Shown here in pieces: positions 19,446 to 29,843 of a stretch of 64,000 nucleotides of DNA. Under the pieces are notes generated by a model. That model was not told where the DNA came from. It made no database searches and was given only the letters and a program-made list of their open reading frames with translations. How positions within the stretch are numbered: the stretch's first letter is position 1; each line of letters opens with the position of its first letter. The stretch spans positions 128,001 to 192,000 of the forward strand of contig JANVYQ010000002.1 in assembly GCA_030059675.1 (NCBI GenBank), written 5' to 3'. Source of the DNA: Candidatus Pelearchaeum maunauluense (lineage in GTDB: Archaea; Thermoproteota; Nitrososphaeria_A; Caldarchaeales; Caldarchaeaceae). A program made the position numbers and the translations under genes.

Positions 19446-20829
19446 GGTGTATCGCCCTCCTTAAAACGGCGTGGGCTGCTTCATTAATTGACTCTGCGAA
19501 TGTTGGGTGTGCGTGTATCGTGTATCCCACGTCCTCGGCGGTGGCCGCCATCTCCAGCGCGAGCGCGGCCTCGTTTATAAGCTCCGTCGCATGCGGCGCC
19601 GCTATGTGAATCCCAAGAATACTACCAGACTCACCCTCGGCAACTATCTTAACCACACCCTCAGTTTCGTCCTCCAGAACACCACGCCCAAGGGCAGAGA
19701 GGGGAAAACGCGCAGACGTTACAGAGAAGCCAGAGTTTCGCGCCTCAGCCTCGGTATAGCCGACAGACCCTATCTCAGGGTCGGTGAATATGGCGTTGGG
19801 AACCGCTCTATTATCAAAGACGGAGTTCTGGCCAGCTATGACCTCCGCCGCGACTATCCCCTGTCTGGAGGCTCTATGAGCTAAGAAAGGCGGGCCCGTA
19901 GCGTCGCCTATCGCATAAACCCCGTCAACGCTAGTGCGCATCCTATCATCAACCTTAATGAACCCCTTACCATCCAGCTCAACTCCCAACTCGCGGAGCT
20001 TCTCCACCCACTTAGTTGGTCTCTTTCCAACAGCAACCAATACACGATCCACAGCATACTTATCTCCAGACGTTAAATTAACACGCACCCCATCATCGTC
20101 TTTTCTATAGTTTTCAACGGTGGTTCCCAAATGTATCTTGACACCCCTCCTCTCCAGTGAGCGTTTTACTATTCTGGCGAGCTCTGGCTCCACTCCAGGA
20201 AGAAGCTGCTGCATGAGTTCTATGATTATTACTTCGCTACCTAGTTTGGAGTAGGCTGTACCTAGCTCCAGCCCTATGGGGCCTCCGCCGACTACGAGGA
20301 GGCGCTTGGGTAGTTCGCGTAGTGAGAGAGCCTCGGCAAATGAGATTACATGCTTTCCGTCAAAAGGTATGCTGGGTAGCTCTGTGGGGGCTGTTCCAGA
20401 TGCTATAACTATGCTGCTGGCGGAAACTACCTCGCGGGAGCCGTTGGTAGTTATCTCCACACTACTATTATCCACAAGCTCCGCGTGTCCTTTCACAATC
20501 TTTACACCATTTGACTTTAAGAGGAACGCTATACCATCACGGAGGCGTTGTATCACCTTATCCTTCTTCTCCTGAAGCTTTGCCAAGCTGGGTTGAAGCT
20601 CGCCTGAGAGAGCGCCGTCGTTGACGAGCTTCTTAGCTTCGTAGAACTTGTTGGCAAACGATATTATGACCTTGGAGGGGATGCATCCAGCGTTGGTGCA
20701 TTCTCCCCCAAGCTCCCTCTCCTCAACGAGGAGAGCCTTCTTGCCCAACTGGCCCAGCCTTATGGCGCATACATAGCCGCCTGGCCCGCCGCCGATTACC
20801 ACGGCGTCATACTTCTCAGTCAATACCAC
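19432..20829 (-). CDS. lpdA: Dihydrolipoamide dehydrogenase (E3)
   Basis: GGGPGG; GGECTNAGCIPSK; HAHPTFAE. Confidence 0.96.
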   Translation of the reverse strand: MVLTEKYDAVVIGGGPGGYVCAIRLGQLGKKALLVEERELGGECTNAGCIPSKVIISFANKFYEAKKLVNDGALSGELQPSLAKLQEKKDKVIQRLRDGIAFLLKSNGVKIVKGHAELVDNSSVEITTNGSREVVSASSIVIASGTAPTELPSIPFDGKHVISFAEALSLRELPKRLLVVGGGPIGLELGTAYSKLGSEVIIIELMQQLLPGVEPELARIVKRSLERRGVKIHLGTTVENYRKDDDGVRVNLTSGDKYAVDRVLVAVGKRPTKWVEKLRELGVELDGKGFIKVDDRMRTSVDGVYAIGDATGPPFLAHRASRQGIVAAEVIAGQNSVFDNRAVPNAIFTDPEIGSVGYTEAEARNSGFSVTSARFPLSALGRGVLEDETEGVVKIVAEGESGSILGIHIAAPHATELINEAALALEMAATAEDVGYTIHAHPTFAESINEAAHAVLRRAIHLAPR

Positions 20830-20868
20830 ACCCCAACACCAGCATAGCTAGCTTATAGTTATGCGTTT

Positions 20869-22038
20869 TTAGATTATCATGAGGGCTGGGTTCTCAAGAT
20901 ATCGTTTGAGCCTGTTCATGAAGCGGCTTACGTAAGCGCCATCCACTACACGATGGTCAAAAGTTAGTGCTAATGTTATCTCTGGTCTTATTATGAGCTG
21001 GTCTCCCTCTACTGCTGGCCGTTTCTCCACACGGCCCACGCCGAGTATGGCTACCTCTGGATAGTTTATTATTGGCGTTCCGCTAAGCCCCCCTATCGCC
21101 CCGTAGTTGGTTATGCTGAATGTACCGCCGCTAACGTCTTCCAGCTTTAGAGCACCGCGCCGCGCCCTGTCTACCAGCTCGCTAATCTCAACCGCAAGAG
21201 TTATGACATCCTTACTCTCAACATTCTTAACGACGGGAACCAGAAGCCCCTCAGGCGTATCAACAGCGACGCCAAAATTATAATGCTTGTAGACTACTAT
21301 CTCCTGCTTTTCATCATCAACCGTAGCATTAAGCATGGGGAATTCCCCAAGACTCTTAACCAGCGCCTTCATGATGAATGGCAGGTAGGTTATCTTGACG
21401 CCGCGCTCCTCGGCAATTTGCCGCGCCTCGTCGCGAAGTCTTATCAACTGAGTCACATCAATATACTCGAAAATCGTTACTGGGGCAGCGCGGGATACTG
21501 ATTTTACAAGCCTTTCTGCTATCATTCTACGTAAGCCGCGGAGCGGTATTCTCTCCTCGCCGACGATGGTCTCAGGCCTGGTGGCTGTTATTGTTGGTGG
21601 CGAGCTTGCCGCCTTTCGCACATCCTCCTCGGTTATCCTTCCACCAGGTCCCGTACCCTTGATGATAGAGAGGTCTACTCCTAACTCGCGAGCTAGCTTT
21701 CTTACTGCTGGCGTTGCTAGGACGCGCTGTTCTTGCGGCCTTGTTGGCTGTGCCGTCTGTGTTGCTGGTTGCCTAGGTGTTGTTGGGGTTTCGGCTTGTT
21801 CCTGGCTTGTCTGAATCTCTGCTATGGGTTCGCCTACCTTGACCACCTGCCCCTCGCGAGCGAGTAGCTTGACTACCTGCCCCTCATATGGGGATGGAAT
21901 CTCCACATTCACTTTCACCGTCATAACCTCAACGAGGGGCTGATACTTCTTTACAAAGTCCCCCTCCTTAACCAGCCACCTGATAATCTCGCCCTCGCTA
22001 ATACCTTCACCAATATCAGGAAGTTTTAGCAGGGTCAT
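20869..22038 (-). CDS. 2-oxoacid dehydrogenase E2 with one lipoyl domain
   Basis: LPDIGEG...EVMTVKV; LATPAVRKLA; FDHRVVDG. Confidence 0.95.
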   Translation of the reverse strand: MTLLKLPDIGEGISEGEIIRWLVKEGDFVKKYQPLVEVMTVKVNVEIPSPYEGQVVKLLAREGQVVKVGEPIAEIQTSQEQAETPTTPRQPATQTAQPTRPQEQRVLATPAVRKLARELGVDLSIIKGTGPGGRITEEDVRKAASSPPTITATRPETIVGEERIPLRGLRRMIAERLVKSVSRAAPVTIFEYIDVTQLIRLRDEARQIAEERGVKITYLPFIMKALVKSLGEFPMLNATVDDEKQEIVVYKHYNFGVAVDTPEGLLVPVVKNVESKDVITLAVEISELVDRARRGALKLEDVSGGTFSITNYGAIGGLSGTPIINYPEVAILGVGRVEKRPAVEGDQLIIRPEITLALTFDHRVVDGAYVSRFMNRLKRYLENPALMII

Positions 22039-22051
22039 GGGAGTTCACCGC

Positions 22052-23029
22052 TTAGAACGAGACGGCCCTTTTGATAGCATCTAATATACGCCTCTCGTTG
22101 GGTAGGTATAAGTGTTCATGAACTAGGGGGAATGGTGTGTCGTAGCCCGCCACGCGTATAATCGGCGATTGTAGGCTCAGGATTTCCCGCTCTGCTATGA
22201 ACGCCGCTATCTCCGCACCGAATCCACATATCTTCGGAGCTTCATGGACTATAATAGGCCGTCCAGTCTTGCGCACGGTCTTTATTATCGCCTCACCGTC
22301 GAAAGGAAGTAGAGACCTCAAATCAAGGACTTCTACGCTTATTCCTTCTTTCTCGGCTTTCTCCGCTGCGGCTTCACACTCATACACCATCGCTCCATAC
22401 GTTATCAGAGAAACATCACTACCCTCGCGAACGAGGCGTGAAACGCCTATTGGGACTGTATAATCACCTTCGGGAACCTCGCCCTTCACGCTGCGGTAAA
22501 TCCTCTTAGGCTCAAAGAATATTACGGGGTCTTCATCCCTTATGGCTGAGATAAGTAGCCCCTTGGCGTCGTATGGCGTTGATGGTATAACTACCTTAAG
22601 CCCAGCGGTGTGTATAAAATATGCTTCTGGGCTTTGGGAGTGGTGTAGCCCTCCCTTCACACCTCCGCCGTAGGGTGCTCTTATGACGAGTGGTGCAGAG
22701 AACTGCCCACCAGACCTGTAGCGTATCTTCGCTATGTTTGAGACTATCTGGTCAAACCCGCCGTATATGAAGTCGGCAAACTGTATCTCGGCAACAGGCC
22801 TAAGGCCGTAGATTGCCATTCCGAGCGCAACGCCTACTATAGCTGATTCTGCTAGAGGGGTGTCTATAACCCTGTCGGGACCAAACTCCTCATACAACCC
22901 CTCGGTGCAGAGGAAGACGCCGCCTCTACGGCCCACGTCCTCGCCCATCACGATAACCCTATCGTCGCGCCGCATCTCCTCGCGGAGAGCCTGATTTATC
23001 GCCTGGGCGAGTGAAATAACCGCCAACAC
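22052..23029 (-). CDS. 2-oxoacid dehydrogenase E1 beta (branched-chain/pyruvate type)
   Basis: [26 protein letters not shown]. Confidence 0.95.
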   Translation of the reverse strand: MLAVISLAQAINQALREEMRRDDRVIVMGEDVGRRGGVFLCTEGLYEEFGPDRVIDTPLAESAIVGVALGMAIYGLRPVAEIQFADFIYGGFDQIVSNIAKIRYRSGGQFSAPLVIRAPYGGGVKGGLHHSQSPEAYFIHTAGLKVVIPSTPYDAKGLLISAIRDEDPVIFFEPKRIYRSVKGEVPEGDYTVPIGVSRLVREGSDVSLITYGAMVYECEAAAEKAEKEGISVEVLDLRSLLPFDGEAIIKTVRKTGRPIIVHEAPKICGFGAEIAAFIAEREILSLQSPIIRVAGYDTPFPLVHEHLYLPNERRILDAIKRAVSF

Positions 23030-23039
23030 CTCTCACCTC

Positions 23040-24101
23040 CTAAATAAATCTAGAGAACTCATCACGCTCTTCAGCCAAGTGCCATGGCTCGCTTTCATAG
23101 ACATCGGCAAATATTACATCAGGCTTGAGTGGCCGTTTTCGCTCCGCTTTCTCAATCTCGAGCTTAATGTCTTCTTCAATCTCCTCATGGAGCTTTGCGT
23201 CATCTTCCTCGCTCCACAGGCCGCGCCGTATTAAAAAGCGCTTAAACCTTGCTATGGGGTCTCTCTCCCGCCATTTCTCAACCTCCGCATGTTCCCTATA
23301 GCGGCTGGGGTCGTCTGCCGTTGTGTGAGGACCAAGCCTATATGTGAAGGCCTCTATGAGGGTCGGCCCCTCACCCCGCCGCGCCTTCTCAATAGCGCGT
23401 TTAGTCGCGGAATAGCAGGCAAGAACGTCGTTTCCATCAACCCACACGCCCTCAAAACCATACGCAACAGCCTTCTCGGCTATTGTTTTAGTAGCGGTCT
23501 GCCGCGAGAACGGGCATGATATTGCATATTGGTTATTCTGGCAGAAGAAAACTACAGGTGCTTTGAAGACGCCAGCGAAGTTAAGTGCTTCATGGAAATC
23601 ACCCTTGGATGTCGCTCCATCGCCAAAGTATGTTATCGCAACGGCTTTCTCTCCCCTATACTTTGCGGCCATAGCAAACCCTACAGCCGTAGGTATCTGC
23701 ATACCCACAGGAACAGGAGCGGGAACTATCTTATGCCGCCTACTGCCATAGACAGCCATATCATGACCATGTAGTGGGTCTTCCTCGTTGCAGAATTGGC
23801 GGTTTAGTATCTCTGAAATCGGGACTCCCCGCGCTATGTAGACAGGTATCTCGCGGTATGAGGGGAAGACCCAGTCCTCTGACTCCAGTGTGTGCGCGCT
23901 TCCCACCATAGCGGCTTCCTGCCCCTCGCTGGGAGCATGTATGGCTACGCGACCCATGCGTTGAAGCCGCATAAGCCAGCTATCAAGACGGCGGGCAAGA
24001 ACCATATCCCGATACATCTTCAACATCTGCGAGGTGGAGAGTTCGGGTAAGTGCTCCTCGTCAGCTGAGCCGTCTAATGAGATTATCTGAAACGCCCCCA
24101 T
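23040..24101 (-). CDS. 2-oxoacid dehydrogenase E1 alpha
   Basis: GQEA, YRE, GDGATSKGDFHE...NN, HTTADDPSRYR; start 24101 or 24128. Confidence 0.95.
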   Translation of the reverse strand: MGAFQIISLDGSADEEHLPELSTSQMLKMYRDMVLARRLDSWLMRLQRMGRVAIHAPSEGQEAAMVGSAHTLESEDWVFPSYREIPVYIARGVPISEILNRQFCNEEDPLHGHDMAVYGSRRHKIVPAPVPVGMQIPTAVGFAMAAKYRGEKAVAITYFGDGATSKGDFHEALNFAGVFKAPVVFFCQNNQYAISCPFSRQTATKTIAEKAVAYGFEGVWVDGNDVLACYSATKRAIEKARRGEGPTLIEAFTYRLGPHTTADDPSRYREHAEVEKWRERDPIARFKRFLIRRGLWSEEDDAKLHEEIEEDIKLEIEKAERKRPLKPDVIFADVYESEPWHLAEERDEFSRFI

Positions 24102-24170
24102 CACGCATCCAACTATAGACATTTGCATGCATGCTTATAATTTCTTATACAACTACCTATAGGCGAGATT

Positions 24171-25052
24171 TCATCTACCATGCCTTATTAACATCTCTAA
24201 GAAGAACTCCCCAGCCCTGTACGAGCTTCTAACAAGCGGCCCGGAGGCTACGTACAGGAACCCCATACGTTCAGCCTCCCTACGGTAATACTCAAACACG
24301 GAGGGATGAACATACTCGCGCACGGGTATGTGGTTTAGGGTAGGCCTAAGATACTGGCCGAGGGTAACGATATCCACACCAGCCTCGCGTAGCCGCCTTA
24401 ATGTGTAAAGAACCTCTTCAACGTTTTCACCAAGCCCCAACATTATGGACGATTTGGTATATATCGCTGGGTCAAGCTCCTTAACCATCCTTAAAACAGT
24501 TAGAGACTGCTCAAATGACGCCCTCCTATCGCGTATTTGCGGCGTTAAGCGCGGTACCGTCTCCACATTATGCGCTATCACCTCTGGCTTAGCCTCCACT
24601 ACCTTCGCTATTGCCTCGCGAGAGCCGTTAAAGTCGGGTATGAGCGTCTCAACTAGTATGTTGGGGTCTTGCTGCTTTATCGCGCGTACTGTGGCGGCGA
24701 AGTGCGAGGCCCCTCCATCTGGGAGGTCGTCGCGACATACTGATGTGAGAACGACAAACCTTATCCCCATCTCCTTAACTGCACGAGCCACACGCTCAGG
24801 CTCGTCATCCTCAACTATCCCTCCAGGATGGCCGGTCTTAACTGCGCAAAACCTACAGCCACGCGTACATATGTCGCCCATCAACATTATCGTGGCCGTA
24901 CCACCGCCCCAACACTCACCCAAATTAGGGCATAACGCCTCTTCACAGACAGTATGCAGCCTATAACGCTTGATTATACCCCTAAGCCTGAGATACTCAG
25001 GCCCAGCAGGTATCTTGGCTTTAATCCACTCAGGCTTTCTCAGCGTCTGCAT
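24171..25052 (-). CDS. lipA: Lipoyl synthase
   Basis: [24 protein letters not shown]. Confidence 0.97.
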   Translation of the reverse strand: MQTLRKPEWIKAKIPAGPEYLRLRGIIKRYRLHTVCEEALCPNLGECWGGGTATIMLMGDICTRGCRFCAVKTGHPGGIVEDDEPERVARAVKEMGIRFVVLTSVCRDDLPDGGASHFAATVRAIKQQDPNILVETLIPDFNGSREAIAKVVEAKPEVIAHNVETVPRLTPQIRDRRASFEQSLTVLRMVKELDPAIYTKSSIMLGLGENVEEVLYTLRRLREAGVDIVTLGQYLRPTLNHIPVREYVHPSVFEYYRREAERMGFLYVASGPLVRSSYRAGEFFLEMLIRHGR

Positions 25053-25214
25053 TTCCTAGAAAAGACAGATAGATGACTTTTAAACTCTAACAAACCCGCC
25101 AAATAGCTAAAAATCCGCCACATGGAAAAATACGTATATTCGCATATAAGATGCCACTAAAACATCGTAAAAATTCAATGAATAGCCATACAGACCCGTA
25201 GGGGATGATGTTTA

Positions 25215-25226
25215 AGCATATATGCT
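25215..25226. promoter_or_regulatory. Perfect palindrome AGCATATATGCT in the divergent lipA/Nudix intergenic region
   Basis: Seen directly; function inferred. Confidence 0.35.
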
Positions 25227-25271
25227 ACTCTCATACGTTGGATTTCTGGAATTAGGAAAGGTGCGTCACGC

Positions 25272-25709
25272 GTGATATACGAGGAATCAGCAGGCGCCGT
25301 TGTCTTCTATGACTCAGAGAGGGGGCCTGAATATCTGGTTTTACTCTACGATGCTGGCCACTGGGACTTTCCAAAAGGTGGTCTGGAGTTCGGAGAGAGC
25401 GAGATAGACGCGGCTATACGCGAGGTTCGCGAGGAGACGGGCCTGGAGAATATTCAGATAATAGAGGGATTCCGCAAAGAGATAGAATACATGTACCACA
25501 AGAAACGAGACCTGGTGAAGAAAAGGGTTGCCTTTTATCTGGCTAAGTCAGATACGAAAGAGGTGAAGCTCTCTTACGAGCATAAAGACTTTGCCTGGCT
25601 GGACTATGAAAACGCCATGAGGCGGCTAACATTCAAGACGGCCAAGGATACACTGGCTGAGGCCCATAGATTCCTTATGCAGAACCAGAAAAAGCTGAGT
25701 GAGACTTAA
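25272..25709 (+). CDS. Nudix hydrolase, Ap4A hydrolase-like
   Basis: SAGAVV, GHWDFPKG, Nudix box REVREETG, LSYEH. Confidence 0.9.
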   Translation: MIYEESAGAVVFYDSERGPEYLVLLYDAGHWDFPKGGLEFGESEIDAAIREVREETGLENIQIIEGFRKEIEYMYHKKRDLVKKRVAFYLAKSDTKEVKLSYEHKDFAWLDYENAMRRLTFKTAKDTLAEAHRFLMQNQKKLSET

Positions 25710-25757
25710 ATGATGAGAAATTGAATCGCCAACAGCCATACAGGTGATAAAGACGCT

Positions 25758-27461
25758 ATGCGGAGCATCACAGTCATTATAATCGTCGCACTACTCGTCG
25801 TAACAGTATTAACAATAGCTAACGCCCAGCCAGAGGGTACTCTGCTCATACAGGTATTAACGCCAGATGGAAAGGGTAAGGATGGAATAACAGTAGAAAT
25901 AAGTCGGGGAGAATTTACCCAGCAATTCGTATCCAACGCCACGGGTTGGGCTATATTCAAGAACATAGAGCCTGGAGATTATCTTGTTAAATTGGTTATG
26001 GGTGATATAATATTAAATGAGACATCGGTAAGCTTTCCAGAACAGAATGAAGTAAAGATAGTCGCCCCACTTGCTAATCTGTTAGTGAAGGTTGTTGACC
26101 TGGGCGGGAAGGAAGTTCCCAATCTTCAAGTGAAGATAACCGCGCCCTCCGAGTTACTGGTTAAGAGTAGGGGAACATCACCCCAAGGTACCGCGGTATT
26201 TGAGAACATACCATTTACGGCTGTGCCAGATATAGGTGGAAACTATAAGGTTGAAGTACTACTAGGTAATATAACGGTAGCAAGCGAAAACATAGAAGTA
26301 GACGAGCCGGCCGAAAATGCTACGCTCACAGCACAGATACTAAGCCTAAACCTAACAATAACAAATCTGGAGGGAAAGAGGCCTGTTAGGGATTTGGAGG
26401 TAGTCTTCAGCACCGAGAGGTATAACAAGACCTTTACAGCCAAGAATGGTTTTCTAAAAGCTAGTGAGATTATATCCTCAGAGCTTGTTGGGCCATATAG
26501 GATTGAGATTTTTACGCGGTTCCTTGACAAGCGTATAATGGTTTATGAGGATTCTAGGAGCTTAACGCGATATGAGGATTTTAGCGTAGTTGCAGACTTG
26601 GGTACGCTTACTGTGAATGTGGAGGATAGTGATGGAAATCCCCTGCCAGATATAACGTTACTTATGGGTAATGAGCTGGTGGGTAATTTTTCACGAATAG
26701 CGACTAGTGAGGATGGCTCTGCCGTTTTTAGAGACCTACCTCTCTCAACCACCGCCGCAGGAACTTATAGAGTCATGTTCTTTAGAGGTGCGGCCAGCCT
26801 GGGAAGCATAGATGTAGAGCTCAACAGGGCTGAGACTGCCGTGAGCTTCACAGTACCTCTCCTAAGCCTCACTCTAAAGATAACCGACTATCAAGGAAAG
26901 CCAGTAGCTGATGCGCAGGTAAAAATCATAGACCCATTCACGGAGCGTGTCAGCGAAGCAACAACAGACAGCGCTGGAGAATCAAATCATAGAATATTCC
27001 CAGGCCCTAACGATGTTGTAATAGAATATGATGGAAAGACTGTCTTCTCTAGGCGCATAGACCTACGCGATAACGAGGTAGAGCTACGCATCATGGCGAT
27101 AAACTTCCCCATAACGATAAGGGTCGTTGACGCGTTGAATAACTATGTGAGTGGTCTCACACTTCTGGTTAAGTCTGGTGACAAGGTATTGTTTGAGGGA
27201 ATGTTGGCCGGCTCTCCCATAACTATAACGCAAAGCGCTCCTAGCTATATAACTGTGGATGTGCTGAAGGCTGGGGATTTACTAGTTAGAGAGCGGCTGT
27301 TCGTGGAGGGAGCGTCTGACGTTGAAGTCAGGTTGGTTCCCTACATAGTGGCTGGCGGCGCCCTAATGCCTGTTGATACTCCCTTCCTAGCTGCGTCGGC
27401 CTTAATTCTAGTCCTACTCATAGGGCTAGCGGCCTGGAATTTTGTCAAGCGGCAACCTTAA
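25758..27461 (+). CDS. Cell-surface protein with repeated beta-sandwich (carboxypeptidase-regulatory-like) domains
   Basis: N-terminal signal peptide; about 6 repeats of L.V.V.D..G.P; many NxT/S sequons; C-terminal TM anchor. Confidence 0.8.
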   Translation: MRSITVIIIVALLVVTVLTIANAQPEGTLLIQVLTPDGKGKDGITVEISRGEFTQQFVSNATGWAIFKNIEPGDYLVKLVMGDIILNETSVSFPEQNEVKIVAPLANLLVKVVDLGGKEVPNLQVKITAPSELLVKSRGTSPQGTAVFENIPFTAVPDIGGNYKVEVLLGNITVASENIEVDEPAENATLTAQILSLNLTITNLEGKRPVRDLEVVFSTERYNKTFTAKNGFLKASEIISSELVGPYRIEIFTRFLDKRIMVYEDSRSLTRYEDFSVVADLGTLTVNVEDSDGNPLPDITLLMGNELVGNFSRIATSEDGSAVFRDLPLSTTAAGTYRVMFFRGAASLGSIDVELNRAETAVSFTVPLLSLTLKITDYQGKPVADAQVKIIDPFTERVSEATTDSAGESNHRIFPGPNDVVIEYDGKTVFSRRIDLRDNEVELRIMAINFPITIRVVDALNNYVSGLTLLVKSGDKVLFEGMLAGSPITITQSAPSYITVDVLKAGDLLVRERLFVEGASDVEVRLVPYIVAGGALMPVDTPFLAASALILVLLIGLAAWNFVKRQP

Positions 27462-27506
27462 AATCCCACCGACTATGCTGTAAATCCGAGGGGCCAAGGG
27501 AAGAGT

Positions 27507-27824
27507 GTGGAGGTAACTCCTTTGAGTTGGACTCTTAGCCGAGAACCGACCCCCATCTGCAACCCGCTCTGCAGATTCTTTAGATGCGCTAAGAAGGCGT
27601 TGGATTTTAAACGCAACCCGCCGTGGTGCAACTGGGTAAATGCAGCATGCATAGGCTATAAATGCCCCTACGCCGAGTGCGTCCAGATTAAGCTCCTACA
27701 AGACGGCCGCTGTGGGCTTTTTGTGAAGCGCCGTACAGAGGAGACTGAGCATCCTGAAACAGCCCGCCTAATCCCAGCTGTGGGAGTCAAGGCGAAGAAG
27801 AAGCTTGATAAATTTGGAATCTAG
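27507..27824 (+). CDS. Cys-rich small protein (8 Cys, putative metal-binding)
   Basis: CNPLCRFFRC...CNWVNAACIGYKCPYAEC...GRC. Confidence 0.7.
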   Translation: MEVTPLSWTLSREPTPICNPLCRFFRCAKKALDFKRNPPWCNWVNAACIGYKCPYAECVQIKLLQDGRCGLFVKRRTEETEHPETARLIPAVGVKAKKKLDKFGI

Positions 27825-27872
27825 CGGATGCGGGGATTAAGTTAAGAGGCAACAACCACACTATATCTATCC

Positions 27873-28631
27873 TTGATGAAGAGCATAAGGATAATAGGCC
27901 TAGCTGGAATACCCCTTATAAAGCCTGGGGACAGGCTAGGCTATCTAATAGTTGAAGCAGCCGAACGGATGGGAGAGTCCATTCTTGATGATGATATAAT
28001 AGTAGTTACGCATGTAGCGGTGGCAAAGGCTGAGGGATGCGTGATAGATGCTGATAGTGTTGTGGCCTCGGATTTTGCCAAGCATATAGCGGCTCTAACA
28101 GGTAAAGACCCGCGCTATGTTGAGATCATCTTAAGAAATTCTAAGACGATAGTTAAGATTAGACGCGGCGTAATCATATGCGAGACGCATCACGGCTTTG
28201 TTTGCGCTAATGCGGGCGTTGATGCCTCTAACGTTTCTGGGGGCTCTCAGTTCGCACCCATACCACCTGACCCAGATGCCTCAGCAGCTAGAATAAGACG
28301 CGAAATAGCAGAGCTCACGGGAAGAGATGTCGCAGTGATAGTGAGCGACACTCATGGACGCCCATTCAGAAAAGGAACGATAAACGTGGCTATTGGATGC
28401 AGCGGCATAGAGCCGCTCTGGGATAGACGCGGTGAAAAAGACCTATATGGGCGAGTGCTGGTGTCTAAGATAACCTGCGTAGCGGATGAAATATGTAGCG
28501 CTGCAGAGCTTGTCATGGGCCAAGCCGCTGAAGGAATACCCGCAGCAATAGTGAGGGGATATCAGTACAGGAAATCCGAAGTCTCCGCACGCGAAATAAT
28601 CAGACCAGAAGAAGAGGATATATTCCGATGA
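27873..28631 (+). CDS. cofE: Coenzyme F420-0:L-glutamate ligase
   Basis: IPLIKPGD, VAKAEG, ANAGVDASN, DTHGRPFRKG, DLYG. Confidence 0.93.
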   Translation: MMKSIRIIGLAGIPLIKPGDRLGYLIVEAAERMGESILDDDIIVVTHVAVAKAEGCVIDADSVVASDFAKHIAALTGKDPRYVEIILRNSKTIVKIRRGVIICETHHGFVCANAGVDASNVSGGSQFAPIPPDPDASAARIRREIAELTGRDVAVIVSDTHGRPFRKGTINVAIGCSGIEPLWDRRGEKDLYGRVLVSKITCVADEICSAAELVMGQAAEGIPAAIVRGYQYRKSEVSAREIIRPEEEDIFR

Positions 28632-29326
28632 ACCAGCGCATAATCAGCGAAGTTCTGGTAGCAGTTCTCCAGCTCTCCAAAAATGGAGCAACACCAACTC
28701 CCAATGCTATAGCCGAGCTGGCTGGCGTTGGGAGAGAGTTAGTAACTGAGGCTATTAGAATGTATGTTCCAAATCTAGAAATTTTATCACCTGACACGCG
28801 GGTAGAGTTAATGCTTGAGGCCGTCAAGCTTGGTTATGAGCCTGAAAGAGTAGCCCGCTACCTGGATTGGCGGGAGATGGAGGCATATACAGCCAAGATT
28901 GTTGAAAAAATAGGATACAAGCCGCTGAGGAACGTTAGATTCAAAAGACTGGGAAAACGATTTGAAGTTGATGTGCTCGCTGTAAAGGAGTATGGCGCGA
29001 TTGTTTTAGATTGTAAGCGTTGGAAGAATAGACTAGTAGGAAAGACTTTACGGAGTGTTGTTGAGAGGCATAAGGCTAGAACAGAAGCCCTTGTAAGCCT
29101 TCTTGAAAACGCGCTAACGGGGAGGAATATGGTGAGTTTTCTCCCAACAATACTAACGCTATACGAGCCTGAGACTAGAATGGCTGAAGGATGCTATATA
29201 GTTCCAATACATACATTCATGAGCTTCCTATCTAATGCTGACGCTATAATAGTTGTTGAAGGAATACGAACAAACCTAAGAAAAGGATGGACAGAAGAAC
29301 TACGAGTCTCCTCTCTCCTTATATAG
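28628..29326 (+). CDS. PD-(D/E)XK nuclease-fold protein (Mrr/NERD-like) with N-terminal HTH
   Basis: WREME...EVDVLA...LDCKRW. Confidence 0.78.
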   Translation: MNQRIISEVLVAVLQLSKNGATPTPNAIAELAGVGRELVTEAIRMYVPNLEILSPDTRVELMLEAVKLGYEPERVARYLDWREMEAYTAKIVEKIGYKPLRNVRFKRLGKRFEVDVLAVKEYGAIVLDCKRWKNRLVGKTLRSVVERHKARTEALVSLLENALTGRNMVSFLPTILTLYEPETRMAEGCYIVPIHTFMSFLSNADAIIVVEGIRTNLRKGWTEELRVSSLLI

Positions 29327-29339
29327 ACCCAAACCCCAC

Positions 29340-29843
29340 ATGCATAACGCCTTGGACAGGCTTTGGGCCCCTTGGAGAATGGCTTACATAAAGTCAGCAA
29401 AAGAAAACGACGAAGAATGTATCTTCTGCGTAAAACCAAAGCAAAATAAAGATGAAGAGAATCTAATCCTCAAGCGGGGGGAGAAGGCTTTCATAATAAT
29501 GAATAGATTTCCCTATAATAATGGTCATGTTATGGTAAGCCCATATAGACATGTGGCCAGCATGGTGGATTTAGACGATGAGGAGGGGCTTGAAGTTATG
29601 AAGCTTATTAGTCTATCTATCCGCGCTTTGACCGAGGCGCTTAACCCTGATGCGTTTAATATCGGTATAAACTTGGGCCGCGTAGCTGGCGCTGGAATTG
29701 CCGACCATGTTCATATTCATGTGGTCCCGCGCTGGCAGGGTGATACGAACTTCATGACAGTTATAGCAGATACGAAGGTAATGCCCGAACTATTGGAAGA
29801 AACTTACAGAAAGCTACTCAACGCCATCATGAAGCTCGGCTAA
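29340..29843 (+). CDS. HIT family hydrolase/Ap4A phosphorylase
   Basis: LWAPWRMAYI, CIFC, PYNNGH, AGAGIADHVHIHVVPRW. Confidence 0.95.
   Translation: MHNALDRLWAPWRMAYIKSAKENDEECIFCVKPKQNKDEENLILKRGEKAFIIMNRFPYNNGHVMVSPYRHVASMVDLDDEEGLEVMKLISLSIRALTEALNPDAFNIGINLGRVAGAGIADHVHIHVVPRWQGDTNFMTVIADTKVMPELLEETYRKLLNAIMKLG

Noticed and set aside
28628-29326. Restriction-modification system
   Set aside because: Lone PD-(D/E)XK gene embedded in a cofE-HIT housekeeping operon with no methyltransferase
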